A DNA stretch of 63,955 nt, the filler included, from Vannella sp. (taxonomy: Eukaryota): the NCBI GenBank assembly GCA_023345925.1. It is 7 parts of 7 records of this genome, joined end to end, with 100 filler letters (N's around TTAATTAATTAA, not from the genome) between each part and the next. Parts side by side here need not be neighbours in the genome. Positions count along the whole stretch, not along the records: positions 1 to 13,882 come from JAJQQN010001400.1; positions 13,983 to 23,714 come from JAJQQN010000958.1; 5 more parts are not named here. One strand, given 5' to 3'. How positions within the stretch are numbered: the stretch's first letter is position 1; the number at the start of each line of letters is the position of its first letter. The notes under the pieces were generated by a model, which worked only from the letters and a program-made list of their open reading frames with translations, had not been told where the DNA came from and searched no databases. Below, one piece after another: positions 12,573 through 23,814 of the stretch. Position numbers and translations under genes: made by a program.

Positions 12573-13882
12573 ATGGAGGTGAGCTGACTGATCCTGATCA
12601 CTGGCTGAGTTGAACTGATAAGGAGTAGGACATGTACATTGATGGGGGCATCCTTGCTGAGGGTGAAGGTATTCAGGAAGAAGAGGTTTTGGAAGATGCT
12701 GGTGAGATCTCTCTCCTGTCCCTCTGAGTTATGGCTCATAAGGAAGGACGAAGAGGATATGGATACGAGCGAAGCTCTCATCGAAGATGCTGAAGAGGAG
12801 GGGGAAGAAGGAGAAGAGGAGAAGCGCGATGAGCCCAACGAAGCAATTATCACCTTCGACTACCACACAGGTACCTATTCACCGTCCCCTCTTCCTCTCA
12901 AGAAGGACCAACTGAGTGCTCTCTTTGTTTTTAGATCCTGTCTACTGTGTAGCGCTCAGAGAAGAGGGCGATCAGCTGTTTCTCTCCACTGGGGGAGGTG
13001 ATGATCTGGGAACCATGTTTACAACAGCCCTGAGTTCTCTCCCTCTCTCCAAACACGGAGAGTCGGATGGGATTCGCGTAAATGAGATCCAGATCAGGCT
13101 GGAAGGCCACAGTGACTCGGTCACCGCCGTATGTTTGTCGTTTGGTGCATGACAGAGCCTCACAGTGCGCTCAGATGGCATGGAACTTTGATCAAACTAT
13201 CTTAGCAACTGCTGGAATGGATGGAATGGTCCAACTGTGGAAGACTGACGGAGAACTTCTGGTCCAACTCCAAGGCCCTTCTGACGCGATTGAGGTACTT
13301 TTCGCTCTATCCTCGGCGCAGATCGTTCTGACAACAGTCTAGTGGATCCATTGGCATCCTCGAGGGAACGTACTGGCGGCAGGGAGTGCTGATGGGACCA
13401 GTTGGATGTGGAACACGAAAGGATTGTGCCTCAACGTCTTCTCTGGCCATGATGGGCCGATCACCTTCGGACGCTTCTCTACTGATTCCCGGAAAGCTCT
13501 TGGTCACAGCCTCCAGGGACGAAACACTGAAAGTTTGGCACCCAACACAAGGGAATGCTCTTCTGACGATTGGTGGGGAGACGGACGCTGGCCTCTTCCA
13601 CCAAGCACCAGTGCTCTCTTTCGACTGTAGTAACGACTCTTCTGTTATCTTCTCTGGGGCAGAGAACGGGAGTCTGCGCCTGTCCAGTCTCACTTCTGGC
13701 AAGATTCTGCACAAGTATGAGGACCACGGGGACTCAGTGGAGTCTGTGTGCTTGTCTCCTATCCTACCGATTGGAGTTAGCGCTTCTCTTGATGGCACAA
13801 TGAAGCTTTGGGACATGAACAACGGCAATCAGCGATCCGTGGTAATGGCCCATCAAGGAGGAGTCATTCGCACGCGGATCCA
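12573..13882 (+). CDS. SQT1: WD40 protein AAMP/Sqt1 (Rpl10 chaperone); 3'-truncated, with an apparent frameshift at ~13490
   Basis: Acidic N-terminus, TFDYHT-DPVYCV..TGGGDD, LATAGMDG, WIHWHPRGNVLAAGSADG..WMW. Confidence 0.8.
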
Positions 13883-13982
13883 NNNNNNNNNNNNNNNNNN
13901 NNNNNNNNNNNNNNNNNNNNNNNNNNTTAATTAATTAANNNNNNNNNNNNNNNNNNNNNNNNNNNNNNNNNNNNNNNNNNNN
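13883..13982. other. Artificial contig linker
   Basis: N-run + TTAATTAATTAA (stops in all 6 frames) + N-run, 100 bp. Confidence 0.98.
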
Positions 13983-14014
13983 TTCTTTGGCCTCCAACTC
14001 ACCCAGCAAGCATC

Positions 14015-14224
14015 ATGAGTTATTGGGGACAATCAACGAACCAGGGTCGTTCTTCCGGAAGGAACGCCACCTCTGTCGACCTCGACACCGGAACTCGTAC
14101 TGACGTCCCTGATGGGGATCCTTCTCATTACGAAACCCAGGATGGATTCGTCGTGAATGTCTCCGTGAACAAGGGAGCGTACGGACCGTGCCACCCCCAC
14201 AAGCAAAAGGGAGACAAGTTCTAA
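14015..14224 (+). CDS. Small hypothetical protein (69 aa)
   Basis: Compact ORF with coding-like composition; no family recognised. Confidence 0.35.
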   Translation: MSYWGQSTNQGRSSGRNATSVDLDTGTRTDVPDGDPSHYETQDGFVVNVSVNKGAYGPCHPHKQKGDKF

Positions 14225-14549
14225 AGGGTAGTAAAATGACATAAACACCCCTCCTGGCTCATTAGCCCTGTGATAAAGGATCAATTTCTCTCAAAGAAGG
14301 CGCCTTGGGGAACAGGGGGCAGAACTCGTGTTTGCGCAGCTTGTCCTGATGACCTCCATCTCTTCAGGATAAGCTTTTGGGCTGATTTCATTTTTTGAGT
14401 TTTGGGTGCTCCATCGGACCAAATGAGGGAAACGCCCTGCCCTCGCCGCAGTGACTTTTCTCCGCCTTCAGCGCATAGCAATGTCAACCAATCTTTGTCT
14501 GTTTTGCATCAAACTGATCGGCTGATTCAAAAGGCCACTTTTTAAAGGG

Positions 14550-14956
14550 ATGAGCCAGGTGAGGGGCTTTCCTGGTTGCTGGAGGATGCTGGGAGGGCGG
14601 CTGTTGACTTTCTGGTTAGAGACAGATCACGGACAAGGAGTTGGGAGACTTGAAAGAGCAGCTGGATCGTATGCAAGGGGATAAGGACCGTCTTCGTCTT
14701 ATCAACACCGCCGCGGACTCTTTCTCTTGGTCCACTGTGAGTTTGCTCGTACCAGAAGGCTCTTGCTGACTCGAATCCTTCTTGATAGGCCCAAGTGAAG
14801 GCGTTAGTAGCCATGCAACACTACGGCGATGCTCAACGAATGACTGCCATCAACCTCTTCCCCAAAGTGCTCGACCCGCAGAACTTTGAACAAGTCATTG
14901 AGTGCTACAAGTTCCAGGAAGACAAGGACGAGATCCGTGAGGCCCTCGGCCTGTAA
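14550..14956 (+). CDS. Small DUF4476-like protein (3 exons; absent from the ORF track)
   Basis: Spliced via two GT-AG introns: MSQ|RQITDKELGDLKEQLDRMQGDKDRLRLINTAADSFSWST|AQVKALV..LFPKVLDPQNFEQVIECYKFQEDKDEIREALGL*. Confidence 0.72.
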
Positions 14957-15256
14957 ACTCTCCACCAACACACCGTTTCCTCTAAACAGGCTCTTCTCGT
15001 GCTCCGCCAGCTTCCCAGTGCTGCTCTAAAGACTCCCGAGAGTAGAGTAGTCTCCCTTCACTATTCAGACGTATCAATGAGCCCCCAGCTTCCCGTGTAG
15101 AGGATGTTGAGGACGGACGTTCCTCAGAGGCTTGAGAAGGCTCAAAGGCGCTCATTTCCTCGGTGATGTCTTGCAAACGAGTCAGAGGATGTGAGACGAG
15201 CAGTGTTGAGGGTCGAACTTGGCTTCATTTGCTCGTTTCGGCCTGCTCGTGGCCGC

Positions 15257-18200
15257 ATGACGGAGAAGAGGTCTCTGAAGGGCTCTCTCTTCAAGTCCAG
15301 TAGCTCTGTGAGTGACGATGCTTTGAAGAGGCACCTGGAGAAGCTCTCGAACTTGCAAAGAACGGTAAAGCAAAGAAGGGAGACTTTCGGGAGGCTAATT
15401 ACCGCTTTCCTACTCAGGCTACCAGTTCCAAGCTGATTCAGGACACCTTTCAATACTTAGAGGCTGTGGTAGACATGTGTAGTTCTGTTGGAGGCTTTAA
15501 GACCATTGCGAAGGACTCCTGGCGACGCAACAACGCGAAAGTGTGGCAGCACATCGAGTCCCACACGTTTAAGTGGATTCTGATGATGGTAGTAAGTTAA
15601 CCTGACTGAATACTACCCTGGTTGTGCCAACTGAGGCCTTCTAGTTCCAAACAGAGCAGAATGGGGACAAGTCTTGGTCGCAAGTCTTCTACGAGTACCG
15701 GCAGTTGGAGGAGGGCGACTCTCACAACATCCTTCTCACAGAGACGGTCAACAACTTCCACCAATTGCTCAGTATCGTCACGCCATTGCTCACGCCAGAC
15801 ATGCAAGATTCTGCCGAGGTGAGGTCCTCTCTGCTCTTCGTACTTGGCTCTGGGAGACTCATTGTTTGAGCAGGAGATCTGCAACTTCTTTGCAACTCAC
15901 AAAACCGACCCCTACTCCTGTGTTATAGGCCAACGGCCAAGCAAAGAGGTGAGAGGCTCTTTCTTGGAGACAATCATTGGTTGCAGCGACTGACAGGAGT
16001 GCAGATCCTTGTATTCTCACAGAACATTAGTGATGATACCCTAAACCGGTGCTTGGCAATCGACCTGGGGACTGGGGAGCTCTCCAAGCGCCCCAGCGAC
16101 TACAAAAACCGCTTTGGCGACGTCATCTCAATGCTGGTCTACTGGTCGACTCTACCAGAAGAAGAAACGCTTCGCCATGTATACAAAGCAGCTTCTGCCA
16201 TGCGCGGCATCCACATGCTCGAGCCAGGGTCTTTAGTTTTAGCAAACTTGGATCAGGATGATCTCTCACTCTTCCTCCCCGACACCTGCAAGCAAAGAGG
16301 AGTTGCTTGGAGGTTTGCTCGCGTTGCAGGCTATCCCTCAGCCAATCAGCACATCCTTCTCTACCGAGACCCTGCGGAATCTTCCGTTGTGAGCGTTCCT
16401 TTCGACCGAGTCCTTCCTGTTGCTCCTGAGATGCTCAGAAAGTACTTCGACGACAAAAAGCCTCTTGAAATGAGCTCTGCCGTTGTCCAATTCTCTACGA
16501 TCCTTTGCGAGTACATTAGTGACTTTGCCCGTTCCGTAAGTTTCCTTGAAGCTCTCTGGACACAGTTCAGACTCTGAATCTTCTTTTAGACTGTGAAGGA
16601 ATACCTGACACAAGGTTCTGAAGCTACTGAAGCGCTTATGAAGCAGTCTTTGAACACTTCATGCCATTTGGAAAATCAGAAGGAGATTGCGCGCCTCTTA
16701 GAGATGGCATCTTCATCAGTACCAGAGGCTACTATGACTACAATTATAGCGTTCTCGGGAAAGGTGAAAGCTCAATTTGAAGAGAATCGGCCGTCTGCGC
16801 CGCAGCACCTCTTCTTTCAGCCCACAAAAGATGCTGACCGCCAGATACTTTTGGACTTTGATGCGTTAGTCTTCTTTGCCGTGCTGAAGCATCTCTGACA
16901 GGAAAGGAATAGGACCACTGCCATTAACCAAGAGATGCAAAGCTATCAAAGCTGTTTCCGAGAGTGTCTTAATGATTTACTCCACCGTAAAGAGGAGATT
17001 CTAACAGGGAAACGCAAAAATGACTTGTCCGCCTCGTATCTGAGTAAGATCTCTGGTCAAGTGAACATCTTCCTCGAGCAACTGTAAGTTCTTTAAGACT
17101 CTCATTGCCCCCTAACGTGAAGTCAGAGGTTACGATTTGGACGCTATTCCATCCAATTACTTGGATGTTCCTCCGAGAAGTATTTTGGCAGTCCGTCGCA
17201 ACTTGGTGCTTTTGCGCCGAATCTTGAAGAACTATCACACTTGCAAGGCGACCGGAAAGGAGCACGATCCTTTCAAGCTAAAGCCAATGATTAGTGATTT
17301 GGCCACAAAGACGTACGCTGCTATCGACGAATTCCTCAGAGATCTGCACCAGTGCTTAGCAGAGCAACTGGACATCACTTACGAGGAGTGTTGCTCTCTC
17401 ACTCTTGTGGCTGCGAAGGAGCGCCTTCAGCAGTGTCCCCATCTTTCAGAAGAGGTTTGTAAATGCCCTAGTTACGAAATAGATAGTCTGACTTGATTAA
17501 ATAGCTGAAGGAGCAAATTGAGGATGCCATAATGGACAAATACTATCTCAGCAATATGAAAGCCATGGAAAACGACATCAAATTGGAAGAAAAGCTCCGC
17601 CGCGATGTGATTCCCGTGTCTGGACTGGTCATTAGCAAACTCTCGCGATTGGAGAACGAATGCAAATCTGTTTTGGACTTGTGGGAGGCTGTACGCATTC
17701 CCAAAACGACAGAAGAGTCAAGAACACCATTGGAAAATGCGGTAATTAAGTCAGACATGAAAGCCCTTGACAGTATCCTTAAAGGCAGTCTGGCCTACAT
17801 CAATGATAGAGATGCTAATGGCTGGACCGCTCTGCATCTCAGCTGCAGCTTCTGCTTTAATGAGCATCGCCTTCCCGTCACCAGCTATCTTCTGTCCTTC
17901 GGTGAGATTGACATTGTTGCTACCAATAACTTTGGCAATACGCCAGTTCATTTACTTGCTCGCATGCCCGTGGAAGACCAAGCCCGACCGTTGTATCGGG
18001 AATGCCTTAGAAAGATGCTGGAGAATCCAGAAACAGTCTATTGCGAAAACACTAAGGGAGAAACTCCTCTCCACATGGGTGCTCTTGCTCATAACGCCAT
18101 CGCCGTCCGATTCCTTCTTGAAGCCGGTTCAGATCCCAATTTTGGCACCAAAGAAGGAAACACTCCGCTTCATTACGCGGTTAAATCCACAAATGTGGAG

Positions 18201-19798
18201 TGTGTGACGGTGTTATTGAGTTACGCAAGTGACTTCCGTCTTAAGAATGAGCAGTAAGTCTTCTCTGTGAGTCATTGATTGGGGCTGGGCTTAACAAAGA
18301 CAGGGGGGAAACTGCTGCAGATATTGCTCTCAAATTGAATTTAGTGGCCATTACAGAGCTGCTCCATCTTCAGGTTTGGGACGGAAAGAAGACGCAGGAG
18401 GCTTTACGAAAGGCGCAGTTGCGCCTTGGAGAGATTCAGGTCGCAAATCGTGTTACTGAGCTGCCTACATTGTCGCCTGCAAACGTGAGCGCCCCTGAAG
18501 CAAAGAATCGAAGCCTTGTGAGTCCAAGGAGATCAACCATCTCAGATCCTGCAGCTCCCCCCTCGGGCTGGAAGAGAGCTCCACTCTCCGATTCCATGCG
18601 AAGCGCCATGATGAGTATGGCAGACAGTCCTCTCAATCTTGGGCGGTCATCTCCACCAAGCAATACCTCGCAGAGTTCTATTTCACCGCGTATAATCTCA
18701 CCCCGAAGCGCCCCGCCTATTTCCCATTCCCCACGTGAAGCGTCACCTGGTGCTACTTCTCCACGAGGCGTCTCTCCTCGCGATGAGTCCCCTCCACTCA
18801 TCTCGCCACGTATACCACCCAAACCTATTGTGGTACCACCAGCAGCTGCTAAGCGACGCTTTTGTCGAGTTGTTTGGGACATTATTGCTGATGAAGAGGA
18901 CGAGTTGGACATGCGAGTAGGTGACTTGGTCGAGGTTGTTAGAGAAGACCCTAGTGGATGGTGGTTTGGCCGGTTTAATGGAAGGGAAGGCACTTTCCCA
19001 CTCAATTACACGGTGGAGATCTCTGATGAGCCACAAAGAGTTGCTCCTCCTCCAATTCCCCCAAAACGCGTCGTGCCTATTCCAACTGAGAAGACCACTG
19101 AAACAGTGAACCCCACTCCAAATGAGTCCTCTCCTTCTCCAGCTCCACTTTCTGAGCGATCTATCGTCCGTGTTGCCACACCTATGCCACAACAGAACGC
19201 CACTCAAATCCCCTCTGTCCCTGCCAATACTGAATCCAAGGAAACAGTCATTATTGCTGGTGCAGCTGCAACAGGAGCCATTCTTCAGGCACGCCCTCGA
19301 CCTCAAGGGAGTCGTCGTGGTCCCTCACGCGGGGCAGCGGGACTCTTGCGGTCTGATGCTGGAGTTCCCACGGAGGAGAAGAGCCCTCCAAACAAGGGAT
19401 TGACCGAGGCAACGGAGCAGAGCTCACCATCACAAGATATCACAATCTCGCCCATTCCCAAAGGGCCTATCCGCCCTCCTGGTGCTAACACAGCAGGACC
19501 TAGAGGGGGTGCTACCCGAGGCCGGGGAGGTGCAGGTGCTTCTCGAAGACAGCGCCCCCTCCCTAACCCAGACTCTGTCATCCATGCCATCACAATCGCA
19601 GATTTTGAAGCTGAAACACCGCAGGAGATTACCTTGGCTGAAGGTTCTCTTGTCATTGTTGTCAAGAAACATGACGACGGTTGGTGGCTCATCAAATGCA
19701 AAGGCCAAGAAGGGTTCTTCCCAGCTTCTTATCTCGAGGAAAGGTCAATTTCTGCTCCGGCAAAAACAGCTCGCCTTCCACCTTCCCTGCCACAGTGA
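15257..19798 (+). CDS. Large multi-exon protein with ankyrin repeats, Pro-rich regions and two SH3 domains (5' part unassigned; could be more than one gene)
   Basis: ANK: GWTALHL, GNTPVHL, GETPLHM, GNTPLHY. SH3: WDIIA..ELDMRVGD..GWWFG..GTFPLNY and ADFEAE..GWWLI..GFFPASY. Exons link through GT-AG introns. Confidence 0.8.
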
Positions 19799-19852
19799 TT
19801 GTGTACAAACAAACTTCCATTCAGTAGAAAAGAGCTGTTTCTTGATAGGAAT

Positions 19853-21964
19853 TCACTTTGGGTTGAGTTTTGATAGCGCAGCTTGAATAGCGCTTGACTG
19901 CTCCTTATTGTCGCCACATTGGTCCAACAGAAGTTGAAGAGTGCGTTGTTGAATGGGAACTTTTCCTTCTTGAGAATAGCGGAAGATAGCAAACGCCTTC
20001 GTCCATTGGTCCTCGGACAAATAAGTGTCGACAATGCAGTGCAAAGTATCTGGTGAAGGGGGAAGCTTCAGTTTGGAGACCATCATGTTCAAGTAACCTT
20101 GTGCTTCTTTGAAGTTCTTAATTTCAAAAGCGCAGCGGGTCAGTCTATCGTAAGCTTCATGTGGTGGGGAGATTCCCCGCTCTTTCATGCCTTCCACGTA
20201 GTTTTCAGCTTTTCCCAGATTCTTTGCCTCACAAGCGGATGTTAGGAATGTTAGATAAGTCTCAGCAGTGGGAGCAAGGCCGTAGTTACGAAGATACTGA
20301 ATTCCTTCCAAGGAAGACATGTTTTTGTTGAGTTTCAAGCGCCCAGCAAGGACTTGGTTACGAAGAGAGATATCAACAACACCTAAGCAGCGTTCTAAAA
20401 GCTGCTCCCCAGTGGCTTGGTCTCCATGCTTGAGAGAATAAGAGGCAAGAACTTGTAAGATTGTATCTGACACCATCCAACCCCTCTGCTCGTAAAGTTG
20501 TTCCACTTTGAGAAGAACTTCAGACGGCGCTGCGATTGGGTCGTTAGATTGTGCCTTGAAGAGGTTTTGGAGGATTGGGAGAATCTCCGATTCCTTTTGG
20601 AAGATAACTCCGTGAAGAAAAGCGTTGATGAGAAGGTCTAGGCATCGTAGCATATCCCCAATTTGACTGCGACGCGTTAAAAAGATCATGTAAGTGACTC
20701 GGTCTAGTTTCACTTTCACTGATTCGCACTCTTCAAGGTAAAAGTCTGCTTCCTCAAAGTTCTCCGAGTCTGTCAGTCCTCGGATGAGACTGGCGTACAG
20801 TTTTTGCTTATTCTCTCCTCCCATTACTCTGACATGCTCCATCGTGTCCCTCATCCTGACTAAATCACCTTGAGCAGCCAGGTAGCGAAGAAGAAGCACA
20901 TAAAACTCGCTCTTATCATGCTTGCTCCGCTTAGCCTCTGCAATAGCTTCCTCCACAAACTCGTTATCCTTCGTTCCAATACCAATTCGAAGCAAAGCGC
21001 CGTATGTGACACGATTAAAAGGGATCTTTTCCTCTCGCATTCGCTCTAGGAGAGTCCTAGCAGCTGTATAGTCTTGTCCTTTGATGTAATAACTAATCAT
21101 CGGGTTGTAAGAACTTGCCTGTCGAGGAATATCCTTCTCCACCATCTCTTTCAGCACGGAATGAGCGGCCCGAATGTCGTTCTGATGAATCCAAGCTTGA
21201 ATTAAGCTGTTAAAGACGATGGGAGACTTGGGATTCCTCTCATGTTCCCAATAGGCCCACTCATGAGCTTCATCCCAGTGGCCCTTCTCACATAGATGGC
21301 GAACAATGGCCCCTGCCAAGAAGAGTTTCGGTTCGTCCTCGAGGGAATCTTTCGCTTCCAGCACTCTGCGGAGCTGCTTTGCGATGCTCTTTCGAGTCGT
21401 ATCCTTGGCGTACTGGATTGATAATGTCTCATACACGCTAGGATCCACGGGCAAGCCCAGACGAGACTGAACTTGATCAAGAAAGGCCAAACCTTCATCG
21501 ATTTGGTCTCTTTTCATGAAGCCCTGGAGCACTTGGTTTGCCAGCTTGTAGTTGGCTACGTTTAACGGGATAGAGTAGAAGATGGACTGTGCCAGGTCAA
21601 GATCACTGAAGCTCAGCTCGCCAAGGAGCTTGACGGTGAGCGGAAGTGGCGGGGACTTGTTCTTAGCCAGGATGCGAGCGAATTCCAGTGCTGCTTCTTT
21701 AGCAAAGCCTCTGTACAGAGTCTTGGAGATAGCTTCGACCTCCCCCGCCTCAAAGTTCGTCGCAGGAGCGCTGTTGGGAGTCACATACTTCAACAAACTG
21801 GCGTCCACGTGGATCCAACGCGGCTTCTCGTGCTCTTCCAGCTCCACCAACCAAGGCAACGTCGTTCCCCTTCTCCTACTCTCCTCTAGCAACACCCCAC
21901 GCACTCCAGCACCCTGTACGGACCAAACGGTGGACCGCCCCGCCCGCCAGGCGGACCGGAGCAT
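19853..21964 (-). CDS. Pentatricopeptide repeat protein, probably mitochondrial (intronless)
   Basis: 35-aa PPR motifs (VFNSLIQAW, SYNPMISYY, TYGALL). Arg-rich presequence-like MLRSAWRAGR. Confidence 0.88.
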   Translation of the reverse strand: MLRSAWRAGRSTVWSVQGAGVRGVLLEESRRRGTTLPWLVELEEHEKPRWIHVDASLLKYVTPNSAPATNFEAGEVEAISKTLYRGFAKEAALEFARILAKNKSPPLPLTVKLLGELSFSDLDLAQSIFYSIPLNVANYKLANQVLQGFMKRDQIDEGLAFLDQVQSRLGLPVDPSVYETLSIQYAKDTTRKSIAKQLRRVLEAKDSLEDEPKLFLAGAIVRHLCEKGHWDEAHEWAYWEHERNPKSPIVFNSLIQAWIHQNDIRAAHSVLKEMVEKDIPRQASSYNPMISYYIKGQDYTAARTLLERMREEKIPFNRVTYGALLRIGIGTKDNEFVEEAIAEAKRSKHDKSEFYVLLLRYLAAQGDLVRMRDTMEHVRVMGGENKQKLYASLIRGLTDSENFEEADFYLEECESVKVKLDRVTYMIFLTRRSQIGDMLRCLDLLINAFLHGVIFQKESEILPILQNLFKAQSNDPIAAPSEVLLKVEQLYEQRGWMVSDTILQVLASYSLKHGDQATGEQLLERCLGVVDISLRNQVLAGRLKLNKNMSSLEGIQYLRNYGLAPTAETYLTFLTSACEAKNLGKAENYVEGMKERGISPPHEAYDRLTRCAFEIKNFKEAQGYLNMMVSKLKLPPSPDTLHCIVDTYLSEDQWTKAFAIFRYSQEGKVPIQQRTLQLLLDQCGDNKEQSSAIQAALSKLNPK

Positions 21965-21999
21965 CCCCAAATGAGCTCTTTCCCCACTCAAAGCTCGCT

Positions 22000-23451
22000 T
22001 CATTGTTCTCCTCGTGCGACTTGTTTGGTCAGTTGACGGAGAAGCTGAGCGGTGGTGTCATCTGGTACCAAACGGCTCCGTTGGAGAGTTTGTTGGACTT
22101 GGCGGGCGTGTTCGAGGGCGCTGTGACGGAGGAAGCCCTCTAGGAGGACATTGATAGCGAGGATATCGAGTGTTACATTGGTAGCTTCCATCTTAGAGAG
22201 CATGCGGACGGCAAGCTCGACGTTATCTTGCCGAAAGGCTCCGCGAAGGAGGATGGTGAAGGTGATGACGTTTGGCTTGACACCTGATGAAGATAGCCGC
22301 TCTAGCAAGTGATAAGCCTTGTCCACCTGTTCACAGTGACAGAAATGCTGGACTAAATGGTTCAGAATGGCGGTATTGACCTTGATATTCCGTGCCGACA
22401 TCTGTTGCAGGAGACTTACGGCTAACTCAGGCTTCTTCTGCTGACAGTAGACCGCTATAAGAGGTGCATACATCTTAGCATCAAGTTTAATCCTTCCCGC
22501 CTCCATCTGGTCAAACAGGAGCTGAGCTTCTTCCACTTTTTCAAAGTGACATAGTGACTGGACCAGCAGTTGATAAGTGTCCCGTGTGGCCCGGACACCC
22601 ATCAACGGCATGACTTCTAGTAACTGGATAGCTTGGAGTGACCCTTCCAAGCTCTGGCAGAACGAACCAAGAAGAGTGTGGAAGTGGCGAAGTCCAATCC
22701 TGGTTTTGGCTCGTTCTGGAGCGGAAGCGAGGAGCTGCAACACTTCCAAGGTGAGAGAGAAGTCCTTCTGGATACAGAGAGAGTGCAGAATGGGCAGGAT
22801 GGTCTCAGGAGCAGCTGGAATGCGTTCTCGTTGTTGGTCATCGAGGAGGACAAGAAGATGGCGCGCCTTCCCGTGCTGGAGATGAGCTGCACATAAGGTG
22901 GCGTACGTAGCAGCTGTGGGACGAATGGAGGAACGCTTCATCTTACTCAGGACGCTGCAAGCTTCTTGCAAAGAGCCGGAGGAGCAAAGAGCAGTCACTA
23001 AGGTGTTGATCGTGACGATATCGAGCTTGATCTGCAGAGCTATAGCTGTAGAGAGCAAGTTGTGTGCCTTCTCCGTCTCCTTCTTTCGGCAGAAAGCGCA
23101 GAGGAGGATGGAATAGGCAGTGGCATCTGGAGGTGAGCTCTTGGGGAGCTGTTCCATCATTCTGCGTGCCATATCAGGATCCCCCGCACGACAAAGAGTG
23201 TCAATGATAAGGTTGAGTGTACTAGGAGCCAGTGGCAGCGTGTCTCCCGTTGGGGCGATGACCGCCTTCTTCAATTCCTCCTCATCTCTCTGGTTTGCCA
23301 ACTCCCGAAGGCGATCAGTGTACACCTGAGAACTGTTCACCTCAGAGCTAAACACTGCCTGCACCTGAACCCTTCCTAACCGACAAGCAGCCGGATTCCG
23401 CCCCAAAGGAACGCTCCATCTCACACCCTGCCGGAGAGAACGACCCAGCAT
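22000..23451 (-). CDS. Pentatricopeptide repeat protein, probably mitochondrial (intronless)
   Basis: PPR motifs TLNLIIDTLCRAG, AYSILLCAFC, TINTLVTALC, GVKPNVITFTILL. Presequence-like MLGRSLRQ. Confidence 0.9.
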   Translation of the reverse strand: MLGRSLRQGVRWSVPLGRNPAACRLGRVQVQAVFSSEVNSSQVYTDRLRELANQRDEEELKKAVIAPTGDTLPLAPSTLNLIIDTLCRAGDPDMARRMMEQLPKSSPPDATAYSILLCAFCRKKETEKAHNLLSTAIALQIKLDIVTINTLVTALCSSGSLQEACSVLSKMKRSSIRPTAATYATLCAAHLQHGKARHLLVLLDDQQRERIPAAPETILPILHSLCIQKDFSLTLEVLQLLASAPERAKTRIGLRHFHTLLGSFCQSLEGSLQAIQLLEVMPLMGVRATRDTYQLLVQSLCHFEKVEEAQLLFDQMEAGRIKLDAKMYAPLIAVYCQQKKPELAVSLLQQMSARNIKVNTAILNHLVQHFCHCEQVDKAYHLLERLSSSGVKPNVITFTILLRGAFRQDNVELAVRMLSKMEATNVTLDILAINVLLEGFLRHSALEHARQVQQTLQRSRLVPDDTTAQLLRQLTKQVARGEQ

Positions 23452-23714
23452 GCCCGCAACTGCACCTGGATACAAAGAAATGATCATTTATGGCCTCCAT
23501 GTGGAGGAGCATGCCTCTCCACTGCCCCAAGGCCATCCCAGATGGAGACTCTTGGCCAAACTTGTCTGGTTGCAGGAGTTAACCTCGTTTACAGGAGGGC
23601 TAGTCTGGTCTACCTGGCCAAAGTGGCAGACCTAATCCTCCAATAGCTCTCTGCACTCGATGGGAGGGTTGGAACACTCGAGAAAGAGAAAAACCGCTCT
23701 TCGCCAAGACAATC

Positions 23715-23814
23715 NNNNNNNNNNNNNNNNNNNNNNNNNNNNNNNNNNNNNNNNNNNNTTAATTAATTAANNNNNNNNNNNNNNNNNNNNNNNNNNNNNN
23801 NNNNNNNNNNNNNN
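23715..23814. other. Artificial contig linker
   Basis: N-run + TTAATTAATTAA + N-run. Confidence 0.98.

Noticed and set aside
13927..13938. Recurring TTAATTAATTAA palindrome
   Set aside because: Synthetic six-frame stop linker inside N-runs. Gene adjacency across linkers has no biological meaning.
17773..17780. GTATCCTT, a possible U12 GT-AG donor
   Set aside because: Lies inside an uninterrupted coding exon with no downstream CCTTAAC. Similar matches at ~21129, ~40970 and ~56151 are antisense to coding exons.
22000..22003. Bacterial-style ATGA stop/start overlap between the PPR ORFs
   Set aside because: The Met at 21964 begins a better presequence; translational coupling is not supported in this eukaryotic context.
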